From positions 67,580,001-67,644,000 of the forward strand of contig NC_086097.1 in assembly GCF_963921235.1 (NCBI RefSeq): a DNA stretch of 64,000 bases, given 5' to 3'. The DNA comes from Mobula hypostoma (lineage: Eukaryota). Numbering within the stretch: the first letter of the stretch is position 1; each line of letters starts with the position of its first letter. Made by a program: the position numbers and the translations under genes. The notes under the pieces are model-generated. The model had not been told where the DNA came from, did not search any database, and worked only from the letters and a program-made list of their open reading frames with translations. Shown piece after piece: positions 25,601-39,494 of the stretch.

Positions 25601-27682
25601 ATGCAATTGAGTTGCAGTCAGGAATGAAATGAGTGTGAACACAATTACAACATCTAAACAGAAAGCTGTCCGGCCAAAGAAGTTCTGTTACTGTTGTGGC
25701 AGGGGCTCACATACACCAGACCAATGCAGGTTTAAAGGTGAAACTTGCAGAAAATGCAACAAGGAGGGACCCCTACAATGAGTATGTCAGGCAGACAATA
25801 ATAAATGGACTGCACAGGAAAGAGAAAAAGATAATAAGTCAAGTTGCAGTTTCAAAAAGAGCACTAATCTGCTTGCTGTTCACAAAAAATCTAATAACAA
25901 TGAGAGTGACACAGGACTGAGTATCCTTGAGATTTACATTCTGAAAACTAACTGGAGATAAGCAATGTGGCTTACACCAGAAGTGAACGAGAAATTAATT
26001 GAAATAGAATTGGACACTGGCTTGGCTATTTCAGTCATTCCACAAAATGAGTGTGAATGGCATTTCAAAGGTACTGAAATGAAGCCTGCAGATATCCGAT
26101 TCAGAACTTATAATGGAGAAAAGATAATTCCTAAGGGAGTAACTTTTGTAACAGTAACATACAACGGCTTTTGGGCTTGTACATGGTAAAAGCAGGAGGG
26201 CCAGCATTATGGAGCTGTGATTCGCCGAGGCAACTACAACTTGATTGGAGATCCATCCACCAATTGTAAGCCACATCCCCTGCAATACAGTCAATTGAAA
26301 ATGAATTAAGAAAGGTACTGGATGACGCTGCAGCAATTCAAGGATGGCATTGGATGGTATCGATAGTAAATTAATGCTAACTGAAAATGTCACACACAAG
26401 TTTTACAAAGCCTGTTAGGTTCTTGATACTATTCGTGATAAAATAGCCAGTTAGCTAGATTGCATGGAGGCTGAAGGAATTCTTTCCAAGGTTGAGTGGA
26501 ACCCATGGGTGATGTTAGTGGCCCCAGTAGCCAAGAAGAATGGACCAGGTGATTCTAAGGTCACCATCAACCCAGTATTGAAAGTAGATCAATACCTTCT
26601 TCTAGAATAGAGGATATCACTGCAGACCTTTCTGGGGGGGAACACTTCAGCAAAGTGGATTTAGCTGAGGGTTACCCTCAGATGGAGAAGGAAAAAGAGT
26701 ATAAAGTGTTTCTCACCAAAAACTCTCACAAAAGGCTTCATCACCGTAATAGACTTATTTCTTGTGTTGCATTTGCACTTGTACTCTGGCAGAAAGCCAG
26801 ACCTCAAGGCTGCCCAGGCATCGAATATTACCTGGATGACATCATTGTTACCAGTAAGGATGACAGGGAACATGCCCAAAATCTCAAGACAGTATTAAAA
26901 AGATTAGAGGATGATGGGCTCAGAGCATGATGCAACAAGTGTGAATTCTTTAAACCAAACATCACCTACTGTGGTCACACTATTGACACATAAGTGTGTT
27001 GAGAAAATTCAAGCAGTGGTGATGCCCCAAGGCCAAGGAATGTGTCAAAGTTGTGGTTCTTTTTCAGATTAGTCAATTACTAGAACAGGTTCCTGCGAAA
27101 TCTGGCTATGGTGCTACATCCCTTGAACTCCTTACTGCAGATCGGGAAGAAGTGGCAATGGACAAAGGAGTGTGAGGCGGCTTTCCAAAAGGCAAGGGAA
27201 ATGATGATGTCAGACACTGTACTCACACATTTAGATCCAGAGCGAGTGGAATTTGCCTGTGATGCGGTGCCTTATGTTATAGGTACAGTCATATCACATG
27301 TTATGAGTGATGGAGGTGAAAATCCCATAGCCTTTGCATCATGTTCCGTATTGCTGCAGAGAAAAATTACACACAGATTGACAGAGAGAGAGGCCTTGAG
27401 TCTGGTTTGTGTTGTAAAATGGTTCAAGCAGTATTTGTACTGATCATCAATCACTACTGCCTGTTTTCTATCCACAGAAGGGTGTTCCACTAACAGCAGC
27501 AGCTCAGATGCAGAGATGAGCTCTGTTTCTCGAAGGATACAATTACAAGTTTGAATTCAAGAGGACAACTAATCGTAGAAATGCTGATGGATTGTTCCAT
27601 TTACCCTTAGAAAAGGAAATACTTGAAAAATGTACAAGAGAGAACACTCTTCTTTCTGTATTCTCCCTAATGCAAATTGAAA

Positions 27683-28114
27683 ATTCAAAGTACATGTATT
27701 ATCAAAGTATGTATACTATATACAACCTTGAGATTCATCTCCTTACAGGCAGTCACAAAACAAACAAACCTAGCAGAACACATTTACAAACAATGTCAAA
27801 CACCCAATGTGCAAACAAAAAGAACAGATCATGGAAACAAGAACAAGAAAGTAAATAACTTTCAGAACTGAACTTCGTGAAAATGACTTCACAGCCACAA
27901 AGCCAGTCATCATTGTAGCCTGTCCAGAAGCCCATTAGTTGCAGGCTACAGCCTCAGTTCAGTGCAGAGATGATTAACCTCGCCAAGTAGCGAGCTGAAC
28001 ACTGGCCTCTGGCCCCAACACTCTGACCTTTTCAATCTGCTTTGGTGCTAAAGTCAGCCAAACATTGACTCATTCCTTGCTTACGGATCTAGGTCCTGCC
28101 ACCTTGATATGCTC
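27683..28114 (-). mobile_element. Non-LTR-type insertion in place of the Gypsy integrase core
   Basis: Gypsy homology stops at MQIE and resumes at LFLGH; the insert begins attcaaagtacatgtattatcaaag, resembling an inverted LINE 3' tail. Confidence 0.55.
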
Positions 28115-28696
28115 TGCTGTTCTTGGGTCATCCCTAGTGTTCAAGCTAGGATGTTCTCAAACCCAGTCTCAGCAGAAGTATGCAGGAAAAACAGCTGAGA
28201 CAAATTGAGGGCTCCTCAGTTAAGGAGGTTCAATGTATCACTCCTGGACAAGCAGTGCTGGCGAAACACTACAGATGCGATCAAGAGTGGGTAGTTGGAA
28301 AGATTAGGGCAGAATTGGACTGCTCCCCTACGCAGTGGAGATTGCATCTGATGTCATCTGGAAATGATACAATGATCAACTGAGGAGAGCAGAGTCAATT
28401 GTTAGAGAAGAAAGGTGTCCAGAGCTGTCAGAATCACCTCTTGTAGTCCCAGAGTGAACTCCTAAAATCACCACGGAGAAGGCCCCAGAACCTGAGTTAG
28501 TTTCACAGTTGCAAGTCTCACCTGCTAGGCAGAGTGCCCCCACCCCCTAGCTTGTCAGGAGAGACTTTATCCCACAAGAATAAGAAATCTTCCATAGCAA
28601 TAAAATCTTTAGGCCTGAATGGACAATTTAAAATTTTCTCTGCTGTGAATGCCTACATACTGTAGTAGTTGTATTATATAGCAAACTGTATTATGT

Positions 28697-28712
28697 ATTA
28701 TATATATATATG

Positions 28713-28759
<47 letters not shown>
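28697..28759. repeat. (TA)n(CA)n microsatellite
   Basis: Direct reading. Confidence 0.95.
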
Positions 28760-28761
<2 letters not shown>

Positions 28762-30899
28762 AATAGAGAATATATACTGAATATGTTACATATTTGAGTT
28801 GAGATGCATTCTATATTTTGTTGGAGTTTCTAGCTAAGCAAGGAGAAGTGTAATGTATTTAATATTTCAGTAATATTGTAAATATATTGTTTGATTAAGC
28901 ATTCTTTGTTTACTTACTCATTTTGTGTTTTATATATAAGTACTGTACGTGAATGGCATACGTCATTATGTCACCACGTCATATGTGAGTGCTTCACTAA
29001 AGTAAAACTAAGTAGGCAATTATCCCGGCTCCTGTGTTTGCCTTTCAATTAGTTTCTGGAGTTACAGAACAGAACAGATTTAATGGCTAGAGGCAAAGAT
29101 TGACCTTGAGGAAAGCTAGGAAAAACAAGACGTATTCTACAAAGTATTGACTAATCTGTTTCATGGCAACAAACCAAGGCTAAGAACTAAGAATTGAAAA
29201 CTTTCCTCCGGTTTGATGTCCTTACTAGAGAGTTGGTTTATATAAGTAGCCTCATATTTAAGTAATATTCAGAGAAACATTTGTATCTTATCTGAAACGG
29301 CGTGCTTATAAATCAGCCTGACGGTAGCTCTGGTGGTCTTACATATAGATTTAGAATCCAGACATTGCATCAATAAAAATACTTAAGCAAAACCTCAGCT
29401 TTATCTATCCTATTAAGCTGTTCAATAGATGGCTCACTTTGACTGAATTCAGTTCATTTAATTCCACAGAAGGTTAATTACAAAATGATCAATAATTTAT
29501 AAACATATCATCCACCAGTCTGGAGAGATGCAGTGTAACCACTTTACGTAAATCTGTTAAAGAATAGGTTATTCTTCTCATGACTTGAAAAAAATCTTTC
29601 ACTTCAATTTATTTCAGTCTAGAAGAACATATAGAATAAAATTATAATTAAGTTATGCCTAAATTCACTTTATTAAGAATTAAAGTGGTTAAATTAAAAG
29701 TGAATACTCACAAGCTCAGAATGTATTCAACAAATATTACCAATGAGAGATTTCAGGGTTACAGTTTAAAATAATGACAAAATGGAATCGCATTCTAGCT
29801 GTGCCAAATGTAATATCTTCTTTCATCTCTGCACAAACAAAGAATTATTTCAAAAACAAATGTCAAAATTCATGTGGTACTCCAGTAGTGCATATAATGA
29901 ATTTTGACATACATAATGATGGATATATCAAATAATAAAATTCTATCCAAGAAAATATTTGTTATTTCATTAGGGAAATGATTTTCTTATTTATTCAGCC
30001 ACTGTTTTCTAATCTTCTCAACTGTGTATACGCAAATATCTATAGATAATATAACAGCAAAAATTCAAATGTAATATAAAATAATCTCCATATATTTTAA
30101 GTGCACAAATAGGTTTTAAGATAGCAAGTAATACTTTGTTCTTTTTTATTTTTACGTAAATGAATAGATAACAGCTGGAACATTCCCAAGACACAAGCTT
30201 GAGCTCCTCATTTCATATTGCTCAGATCATTGACAGAATAAAATAGCTTGGATTTAATTCACTAAACAAAGCAAAATGTTATTTTTGAGTAAGAGTTTAT
30301 CGAGGAAAAGATAACTTTTCTTTTACTAAGAATACACTTAATACCAAGTAGATGAATAGCTAGTTTTAGTTATACAATTCTTTGGAATGAGCTACAAAAA
30401 CAATCTATCAAAAAAGGTCCTAGGAAAAGAATTGAACAGTGCATATTTAAAAAGATAAAATTTTATTTTGCTTGTGCATTAACAATTTGGTTAAATCTGC
30501 TCTATACCGGATGGGCAAACTTTAATTTATGAGGCAAGATATATAACTTAATTTATCACAAGAATCATTCCCAGGTACTAAAATGTTAAAGAAAACATGT
30601 ACATGAAATAACATTCAGTGGATCAGCAACCTCGCAGTTCCTGAGAATCCATTTAATAATGAATAATTGCATTGGGCTTTATTTTTCCCAAGAAAATCAA
30701 TTACAAGGAACCTCATTTTTAGTGAATATTTGCACTCATCAGGTTATATGCTGGTTTGGGGATGGTGGCTGGCCACTACTGACCAAAAGCTCACTCAGAC
30801 CAGCCAACAAGCTGCATAAAAGAGGCCCTAGGCCGTGGTCAGTAACTCCCCAAGCCTTTGCTCTATTTACAAAGCATGATTCAGAAGTGTATTGGAATA

Positions 30900-31530
30900 C
30901 TCACCGTTTGCTCCAGCAAAAGTCAAGAAGCTGGGCATCATCCAGAATAAAACAACCTGTTTAATTGGCACCACAGTCACTACCTTAAATATTCACTGAC
31001 TCCTCCCACCATTGCTCCAATGTGGCTACATGTGTGTATCATCTACAAAATGACACCTGCAAAATCACCAAGACTGCTTTAAGTAACACACACAAAATGC
31101 TGGAGGAACTCAGCAGGCCAGGCACGACTGCTGAAGGGTCTCGGCCTGAAACGTCGACTGTACTCTTTTCCATAGATGCTGCCTGGTCCGCTGAGTTCTC
31201 CCAGCATTTTGTGTGTCTTGCTTGGATCTCCAGCATCTGCAGGATTTCTCCTGTTTGTGAAAAGACTACTTTAGTATCACAAACCCGTGACATTTAACAA
31301 AATATATTGTCATTTCTTAATTATTGCTGGGTCTAAATGCTGACAAACTATGTTGTCATTTCTTAATTATTGCTGGGTCTAAATGCTGAAACTCCTGACC
31401 CAATAACACTATGGGAGTAATTTCATCACACAGAATGCAGCTGTTCAGGAAAACAATTCAACATCGTATTCACAAGGTGAGTTAGGAATGGGCAATAAAT
31501 ATTGGCCCTGGTAGCAATACTCACATGCCT
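30900..31530 (+). mobile_element. Old CR1/L2-like LINE 3' fragment with a nested palindromic Penelope pLTR (about 31082-31261) and a 37-bp duplication (31307-31343, 31353-31389)
   Basis: pLTR flanked by aagactgcttta and aagactacttta; host fragment resembles 32750-33030. Confidence 0.65.
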
Positions 31531-32169
31531 ATCAAAGAATAGAAAGTTCAACCAGATTTTTACCCAGGGGCTTTGTAGCTAGCTAAAAGGACTTAAGGAA
31601 ATGTTCTTGACAGAGTAGACTAGTTTCAAACTGAGATGAAAATCTAATGATGGACCAACTACCTTTGCTGTGTTTTGCTTTACAATAATCATATGTTTGT
31701 TTCTTTGTTCAAATTTGGCATGAAGATACTGTGCAGAAAATTTCCTGATGGAATGATCATGCCTGCCAGTCAAAATTATTATCAGAGGATACAGTAATCA
31801 ATCTTCAGAGCTTCAGTAATCTTAAAAATAGTTATCATAAAACCAAGATCTTTTAAGCATTAGGCAGATTGTTGATTAATTTTTGAAGACGATAGCTTTG
31901 GATACATCATTTTTTAAAAGCAATATCTGGGTAGAAGCAGAGGATCCTCAGACTCACATCACATGCTCACAGTGTTCTCCATAAATCTCCATATTCATAG
32001 TTAGCTGCAGATTCAGTGTGACTGCCTCAATCTTTCGCTCTGACGACCTTCTTGCTTATGTTATTTTGCCATTTCTGAGATACTATCAAGCTCAGTGACA
32101 AGGGTATTGCTGTTGAGGCTTGGGAAACTCAGAGGCTAAATTCAGTCCTCAGACTTTGCCTAATATGTC

Positions 32170-33460
32170 CTTCTGAAACATGACCCCATCACAGAACATC
32201 AGCCCACATGGCCCAGAGAGTTTTCTCATAACATCTTCCCTCCAGAGCCTCTAATCCTATACAATCTGCTTTTACCTCCTGCTTAACATTCAGAAAATCA
32301 GGCCTATTGTTTCAGCATGTCCTTGCGCCAACCAAACACATGTCCTCCAATCTTAATTCCACGTTCTTCCCTTTTTGTCCAGTTCTACCTCACTTCCATC
32401 CAGGATAACTCGGATACCTCTAATGCTGCTTAACATGGCTGTGTACACCCTTCATCCCATACCAATAAGGTCTGATGACCCTTTACTTCTTCCTTGAATG
32501 GAGATCCAACTGGTTTCCCTGCATCAACACCTATTGAACTTGTTCTCACACGACTTCTACTTTACTCACTTTCTCCAGATCAAACATGTAGCTAAGGGAA
32601 CCACATAGTCCAAAACCATGCAGAAAAATATCTGTTTTAAATTTTTTTGAGTCCTCTCTTTTCAATCTTTTAATAGTACTTATTCAATTGTATTTGCATT
32701 ACTTCCTGTGTCCATACCTTCCAGGCAGCTTCCTGTCCCATCTAGAAGGACAAGAACAGGAGATACCTGGGAACACCACCACTTGGAATTACCACCCCCC
32801 CACGCCCAAGTCATTCACCATCCTGGCTTGGAAACATATTGCCCTTCCTCCATTGTCACTGGGTCAAAATCATGGAATTCCCTCCCTCACAGCACTGTGG
32901 GTGTACCTACACCTCAGGAACTGCAGTGATTCAAGAAGACAGCTCAGCACCACCTTCTCAAGGGCAACTAGGGATGCGCAATAAATGCTGGCTTAGCTGG
33001 TGATGCCCACGTCCCTCACATGAATAAAAAATACATAACTCATAAATGTCATTACTTTCACTGCAAATTTCCAGACTGCTTGCATTTTCACAGGATTTAT
33101 CTGTGTCCATCACAAAGGATAGGTTAATGACCAATATCTGTTACAAGCCTACAACTACCTTGACCATGCTTCCTTCCATTTTGTCTTGTGCAAGGATTTC
33201 TTTCTCCCTGCTCTCATGACACTTTCCAAATACAGATGTCTTCCCATTTCATGAATTGTGGCTTCCAGTCTACTACGGATGCCAGAGCCTCAGTGATGCA
33301 CCCATTTCTTGCACATCTGCTCTCACACCCACTCCATCCAACCCGAGTAAGGGTAGGCTCATCTGTCCCTTAACTAGGCACAACAGGTCATCCTTCACAA
33401 TCAGCACAACCTTCAAAGAGATTGCAGCAGTGGGCACTTCTTCACCTCCTCTCTCATCTA
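32170..33460 (+). mobile_element. Very old Penelope-like RT fragments with an interposed LINE 3' end (about 32730-33030)
   Basis: Diverged similarity to the 17890-20620 element; the interposed piece ends atgaataaaaaa. Confidence 0.5.
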
Positions 33461-34599
33461 TGGTCTTTAACGTTCTCCGTAAATCCCCATCACTATGAAA
33501 TTATATTTACTTCTTCAAAAAATAAGGTAAACTACATCATGTCAGATCACAAAATCTAATACTTGAGTGAAAACAGTGTGTAAACAAGAAAATTACTTTC
33601 TGTTCTTAAGGAGAATGCTGTTCAGAAATGCCACAGGTATAATGGGGAAGAAGAAGAAATAATGCTTGTCCTCTGAACTTTGTAAATCAAGCTTGGCTGC
33701 TCTTTTGGGATAGCTGAAACATTTTTTTTATATCCATATTTGCAAAATACAAGGTTAGAATTCTCCCTTTTGTTGAAGCGTAATATATATTCGAGTACGT
33801 TCCATGTATTCTGAGTTTTAATCTTAAGGAGTTATATTAGGTCTCCATTGATGTCTTTGCAAGAAAGGAAATTATGTGCTGTTTACCCTCATTTGCTAAG
33901 AAAATGTATGGTTTTCATGCTATTCAGGCCCAAGGTTTTCCCAAGTCACTACTAACATGGTTAAACATGGTATTTTTCAGGATTCTCATGGGGAAGGAAC
34001 AATTACTTGGTTAAAAAAAGACAAAAGAAAAGCTATCTGATTTACCTTGAATACCATTTTCTTGCCTGAAAAATAATAAAGTCAAATATAATGTACCAGT
34101 CTACACATATTAAAGATCACCATGTTCATTATGGGTCTTTTATAATGGCAAATCATTCCCAAAATTTTTCATAGGTCATATTCTATAGAATATGAATAAA
34201 GGAATCATCTTGATGGCTGAATGATTATTTGTTCATTTGCAGTCTTCAGCTAAAACTAAACATGTAAAAACTATTCCAAGAAGTTGAAAAATTAATACTT
34301 GAAATGAGCAGTAGAATTTATCATTAGTTTAGAATTAATACACAGAACATTTCAAGCTCGATGTGAAATTATAAGAATACTGGGTGTTTCATCCTAGTTC
34401 TCAATAGATAAATTGACAGCACACAAACTGCCCACTCTTCCCAAATGGGATTAGTTTTTTTAAACAAGGTCATATATCACTCTGATTAAGGCAGATATTT
34501 AGATCAATACCAAGACATCAGTAAATATTGACTCTGCACTTTCTTTGTAATGAATAGATTTTGGGAAGCTGTTTAACATAAATGACTTTTGTGTTATAC

Positions 34600-37191
34600 A
34601 TGTGTTAATAAATATCATTTATAATTTCCAGCAAAATAATTTCTTTAACGCTATGTTTTACAGATCTTACATACCTTCATAAATATATAATAGTAAATAA
34701 AATCATCATATAGGATACTGATTATGGCAATATTGATATTATGTGCATGAGATGTTAAAGCTTCATTACTACTTTAATGTGTTAATAGTTTGGATTCATG
34801 TGTAAAAGAAAGATGCCAGATAGTAACAAATCCAAGAAAAGTTTATTATGAATATGGCATTTGCAGGATGATAAAATCAAGTTACATAACCATGTATGAC
34901 ATGTTTCTTTGAATTGATGAAATAATCTACAAAAGTATAAAAGAATCCTGTTGTAAATGAAGTATGTACATTGCAGCATTATTTGTGATCAATGAAATGT
35001 TCTTTTAAATAAGCCAGGCACTCAATAGGTTAGCTTCAGTTAGCTTGAAGTTTGAACCACAAAAATAAATGTACCATAGTTGTCTCTTTAAATTTACTTT
35101 TAATTGTTTTGTATTGTAGAGTTTGTAACACTGTTAAACATTGATACTAACAGAACCCCTCACCCCATTGTTCAGCTACTTGGCACCAATTCCTCATAAA
35201 ATATTTTATATACTGGTACAAGAAATAGTTAAAAACACAGACACAGCCTTCACAGGTGATGAAATTTTCATATTGTAATTTGAAACACTATGTGATTTGA
35301 CAGCAGCTGTGATTATTGTTAGTTCAAATCACCAGAAACCATCTGACACCAACACAGACACATTAAAAAAACAGCTCTTTTTTGCTGTTTTAGCTGTTGT
35401 TTGCAGTTAAGAGCACAAGGGACTCTGGGAATGTTTATAGCTGAGGCTCCATGGCGGCAATCTGTCACATACATCTGAGCCTGACTATTTAGTGCATTGT
35501 TTGGCAAGATGGAAGATAAGTCATACCCAGAATTCCTCTGTGAAAATGGTTCCATTAACCATGAGCTAGTTAAGAGTCTTTTATCTCTGAGAGAGGTCGG
35601 AAGAATACACAGCAAAGCAACAGCAGAAACAAAAGGTATACAGACAGTGGAAGCAGCAATAAGGTGACACTACAGAGGAAGGCCATCACACAAAAACATC
35701 ACCTCCCAAGAATCACGGGTTCACGAAGATTGCGGTAATGAAACTGACCATTACAGACTAGAGATAAAGCACAGTGAAGACAAAGGACAATATTGCCACA
35801 TTAGCTTAGTATATACTGCATATAGTAACACACATTAAATTCTGCAATGGAACTGACAGTCAAGGACACTTACACATTGTACACATTACTAATCTCACTC
35901 TCATTATTAGATGCCTTAATGAACAGCTGCCAAAGATGGAGTGAAAGAAGCATTTATACTGACAATCACAAATAGTGTCAAACACTAGAATGTGGTTTTT
36001 GGCAAAATGATGACAGAAAAATAGAATTGTGAGTCTCTGTGCAGTTTTAATTTTGTGTACCTATTCCAAGCTTATAAACCCAATCTTGAATTTCTACTTC
36101 AGCACTAACTAAAGTACAATTAGAATTTCCTCTATTGAAGTAAACAAAAGATAAAGAAACATAACTTGTTAAATATTCTTCTTATGTTCTAAAACAATGT
36201 TATTTTAAGTTGCAGATTAGTCTCAGTTATACTGAGAAAAAATATAGCTGAAAATAAATGCAAGTTTTTCGCCTCAACTCAATCTCATTGAGTTTCCTTA
36301 AAGCACTTTGAAAAAAGGCAGAACGACTATAAAAACTGCATGAGGCTTTGTTTTTTTTAGTCTGGAGGTAAAGTTTGCATGGCTGCAATAAATGCTAACA
36401 CAGATTCTGGTCGTAAGAAATGAGGAGACTGCAGCCACAAGCTAACAACTAACATTTGTCTAGTACAAAACAGCACTCTCCCATAAATTCCAGCCCATAT
36501 GCTGCATATTTTATGAAGACAACAAAGATTAATAATTGTAGCACCATGGTAGCAAAAGTAATGTCTACTTATGGTTCATTAACTACACATGGATTCCATC
36601 TTCCTACAGTTTTCAAGAGTTTAACATTCTAGTCACAGGCCAGAATCAAATTATGTAAGAACCTAAATTGCTTTATGTGCAAGTAAGAAAAATCTGAATC
36701 ATAAAAAAGAATTAAACTCTGCATAAAATTTCAAAATACTATGCCCTATTTTTAAAAAGAAAAAAAAAGAAACCCCTTTAAAGTCTGACTTAGTCAAACA
36801 GGGTTAGCTTTCTATACTTACCTCCTTCAACCTTGATCATATCAAGATCATTATACATTATAATATGTGATTCTTTCATTTTACAATCTCTTTACCATTG
36901 CATTTGCATCTTATGGCAGAGGCATGTACACATTAAAGGCATCTTCACAAAGATGCAAAGGAAAACACACCTTGGAAGGAACATTTACAATTAACTGGTA
37001 ATTCAACTTTCTGAAGGCAAAAAAATAACTCTTTACATTACAGAATGATTAGTCATAGTTTGAGACATGAGAACTGTTGTACTGATGGCATGAGCTGACC
37101 TGCTCAAGCTCAAAGTGATAGCACTAGAATTCAGCTGAAAACATTGTCTATGCCTCAGAATTTAATACTGAACACAGTATACGGTCATAGT
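34600..37191 (-). other. NPAS3: Putative NPAS3 3' UTR (distal end uncertain)
   Basis: AT-rich, no recognisable TE after the stop. Minus-strand AATAAA at 34847-34842 and ATTAAA at 34778-34773 are candidate poly(A) signals. Confidence 0.5.
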
Positions 37192-38501
37192 TTAATCCTC
37201 TTTGCGTTCCAGTGTTTGTGTGGTGTGAATACCATTACTGTACACAGGAAACGGAAGTGTGGAAAAGAGTCCCTCTGCTGTTGTGAACACATTTCCTGTA
37301 GGAATTTGGGCCAGACTGGCCCCACTCACAGTGCTCCCGAATGGCCCTGACATATTAATTCGATGCACGTGGTGGTAAAGCATTTCCATTGGTGTTTTGG
37401 GTTCTAGCCCAAAACTGGAAGTGTTAACATCCACAAAATTGACAGCATGAGTGTTAGGCAGCAGGTTGCCTTGCATGGCAAAGGTCACCTCAGCTGGGGC
37501 ATACCGAATGGTGCCAGTGGTATACACCCTCTGAGGCGTAGTGCTGGTGGCAGCGAGAGTTCCTGTCACTCTGTGAACTAGGGGAAGTACCACATTACCG
37601 GCCTGTAACCTCTGCAGTGTCTCCAGGTCACTGGTATACAGCACAGAACTAGTAGTACTGGTGCTGCTGAGCTGCTTGTCGCGGGGAGAAGCTGATAGGG
37701 GAGGGGATAAAGGATCTGTGGCAGGAGCTAAGGTAGCACTGGATGAGGTGCTAAAGTGAGTTTTACGACTGGCAGTATTTTCTGTCCCCGGTGGGGTAAG
37801 AACAGAGTCTGGAATGGTGACATGTAAACTAGTGTTGGCTTGTGTTGAGGGGAAGTGCTCAGAGCTTGGGGGCTTGGTCATACTATAGGGTGATTCATTT
37901 CTTGAAATCTCTCTGTTTGGAGGGTAATTCCAAATACTGCTATCATTATCAAAATTTATAGGTTCTGTAATTTCTGTTTTAATTTTAAGCACTGAGGCAC
38001 TGTTTGGTGAAGACAGCAGTTGTGGCTGGTCTACTAAATTTGAGTCAAGTCCACTCGGGCTCGAAGCACTTGACAGCCTCCTACGTGTGACACTCCCTCC
38101 CTTTTGTTTTTTCCTCCTCTTCTTCCTCTTCTGGTGTTTACTGGAAGGCTGGATGTTCAACTCTCCGGCACTGTCCGAATCCTTGGCACTGTCTGACGTC
38201 ACTGATTCACGGTTTGGCAAGCGCATCTCTGATTCACTGCCTGGGTACCGTTCTACTTTGATCTGAATGGAACCAAAAGTGCCAAAGCTGTCCTCAGCTA
38301 CTTTCTGACTCTCATATTCTGAATTTTCAAAACTGTCATCACTGTCCCTGCTATCCTGATTGCTGGAGCTATTGTCATCGTCATTGCAGTTCATTTCATG
38401 GTCGGAGTGGCTCCCGGATTGTTTCTTTCTGTCTGATTCCGGATCATCACTGTTCTCAGACTGGTTTCCCTTCTCATCTGACTTGGAATTTTCATTGTCC
38501 T
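37192..38501 (-). CDS. NPAS3: NPAS3 last coding exon (C-terminal region with basic putative [16 protein letters not shown])
   Basis: Translation [17 protein letters not shown]...[39 protein letters not shown]...[20 protein letters not shown] matches the vertebrate NPAS3 C-terminus. Acceptor cttctccag|AG at 38502/38501, phase 1, compatible with the upstream exon; stop at 37194-37192. Confidence 0.98.
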
Positions 38502-38644
38502 CTGGAGAAGATGAGGGGGAAATTAGTTAGTCCTTTGATGAAACTAATTTGATTATAAAAGGTAGAATTTATATCCTTCTGCTGGAAAGAACGGTTGGCC
38601 AAAGCATTTTGGGAAATAATACAGCTATTACACAAAGCAAGTGT

Positions 38645-38692
38645 GTACACACACACATTCACGCACACACATGAACACACACACACACACAC
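38645..38692. repeat. Imperfect (CA)n microsatellite in the last NPAS3 intron
   Basis: Direct reading. Confidence 0.9.
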
Positions 38693-38752
38693 ACCTGCAT
38701 GTGCATGTGCAGGGTGGGGGGGAAGGTGATGTTGAAGGGGGATATATTAATA

Positions 38753-39494
38753 CAGGGGTCCCCAACCTTTTTTGCATCACGGACCTGTTTAATATTGACA
38801 ATATTCTTGCAGACCAGCCGTCCTGGGGGTGGGGGGGGTGTTCAAGTAGGGATAAACTCACCTCAACATGTCTTTTACAGTTAGGGTTGCCAACTTTCTC
38901 ACTCCCAAATAAGGGACAAAAGTTGCAGTCAAATACGGGACACTTATGTTTACCCTGAGAAAGACTAACATGACAATGAATCCTTGCATGGGCACCTGTG
39001 TGCGCATGCGTGATATGCGCATATGTGCCGATTTTTTTCTCCACAAATCGGTTTTGGCTTAATCTTCCTGACTACACTGTACATACATTATTTCTACTTT
39101 GTATAGGCTGTGTATTTATCATATCATTCCTGCTTTTACTACATGTTAGTGTTATTTTAGGTTTTGTGTCTTATTTGGTATGATTTGGTAGGTTGTTTTT
39201 TGGGTCTGGGAACGCTCAAAAATTTTTCCCATATAAATTAATGGAAATTGCTTCTTCGCTTTAACCATTTCGGCATGAAAGGTTTCATAGGAACGCTCTA
39301 CCTTAGTGGGGGAAATATGGGACAAGGGCGGTCCCGTATGGGACAAACCAATTTAGCCCAATATACGGAATGTCCCGGCAAATACGGGACAGTTGGCAAC
39401 CCTATGTTCAAGTTCAACAGTGCGTGACAAGGAATGAAGAAAGGTGCAGCTGACTCATATCGTTTCCTCGTGGCCCGGTGGGTGGGGACCGCTG
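38753..39494. mobile_element. Composite hAT-Charlie-type MITE holding a nested hAT MITE (38847-39404) and a Tigger-like fragment
   Basis: Outer TIRs CAGGGGTCCCCAACC and GGTGGGGACCGCTG with TSD TATTAATA/TATTAACA. Inner TIRs TAGGGTTGCCAAC (38882) and GTTGGCAACCCTA (ends 39404); inner TSD TGTTCAAG at 38839-38846 and 39405-39412. Confidence 0.88.

Larger units (their letters stand above)
24754..29076 (+). mobile_element. Decayed full-span Ty3/Gypsy (Mag-like) LTR retrotransposon copy 2
   Basis: TG...CA LTRs at 24754-24939 and 28849-29076; 5-bp TSD GATTT (24749-24753, 29077-29081); PPT aagcaaggagaag; protease IELDTGLAISVI, RT YYLDDIIVT, RNase H FACDAVPY..GTVISH..PIAFAS; integrase core absent. Confidence 0.93.

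Noticed and set aside
37192-38394. Stand-alone 400-aa gene starting at the Met at 38394
   Set aside because: It is the internal part of the NPAS3 last exon; the frame is open back to the acceptor at 38501.
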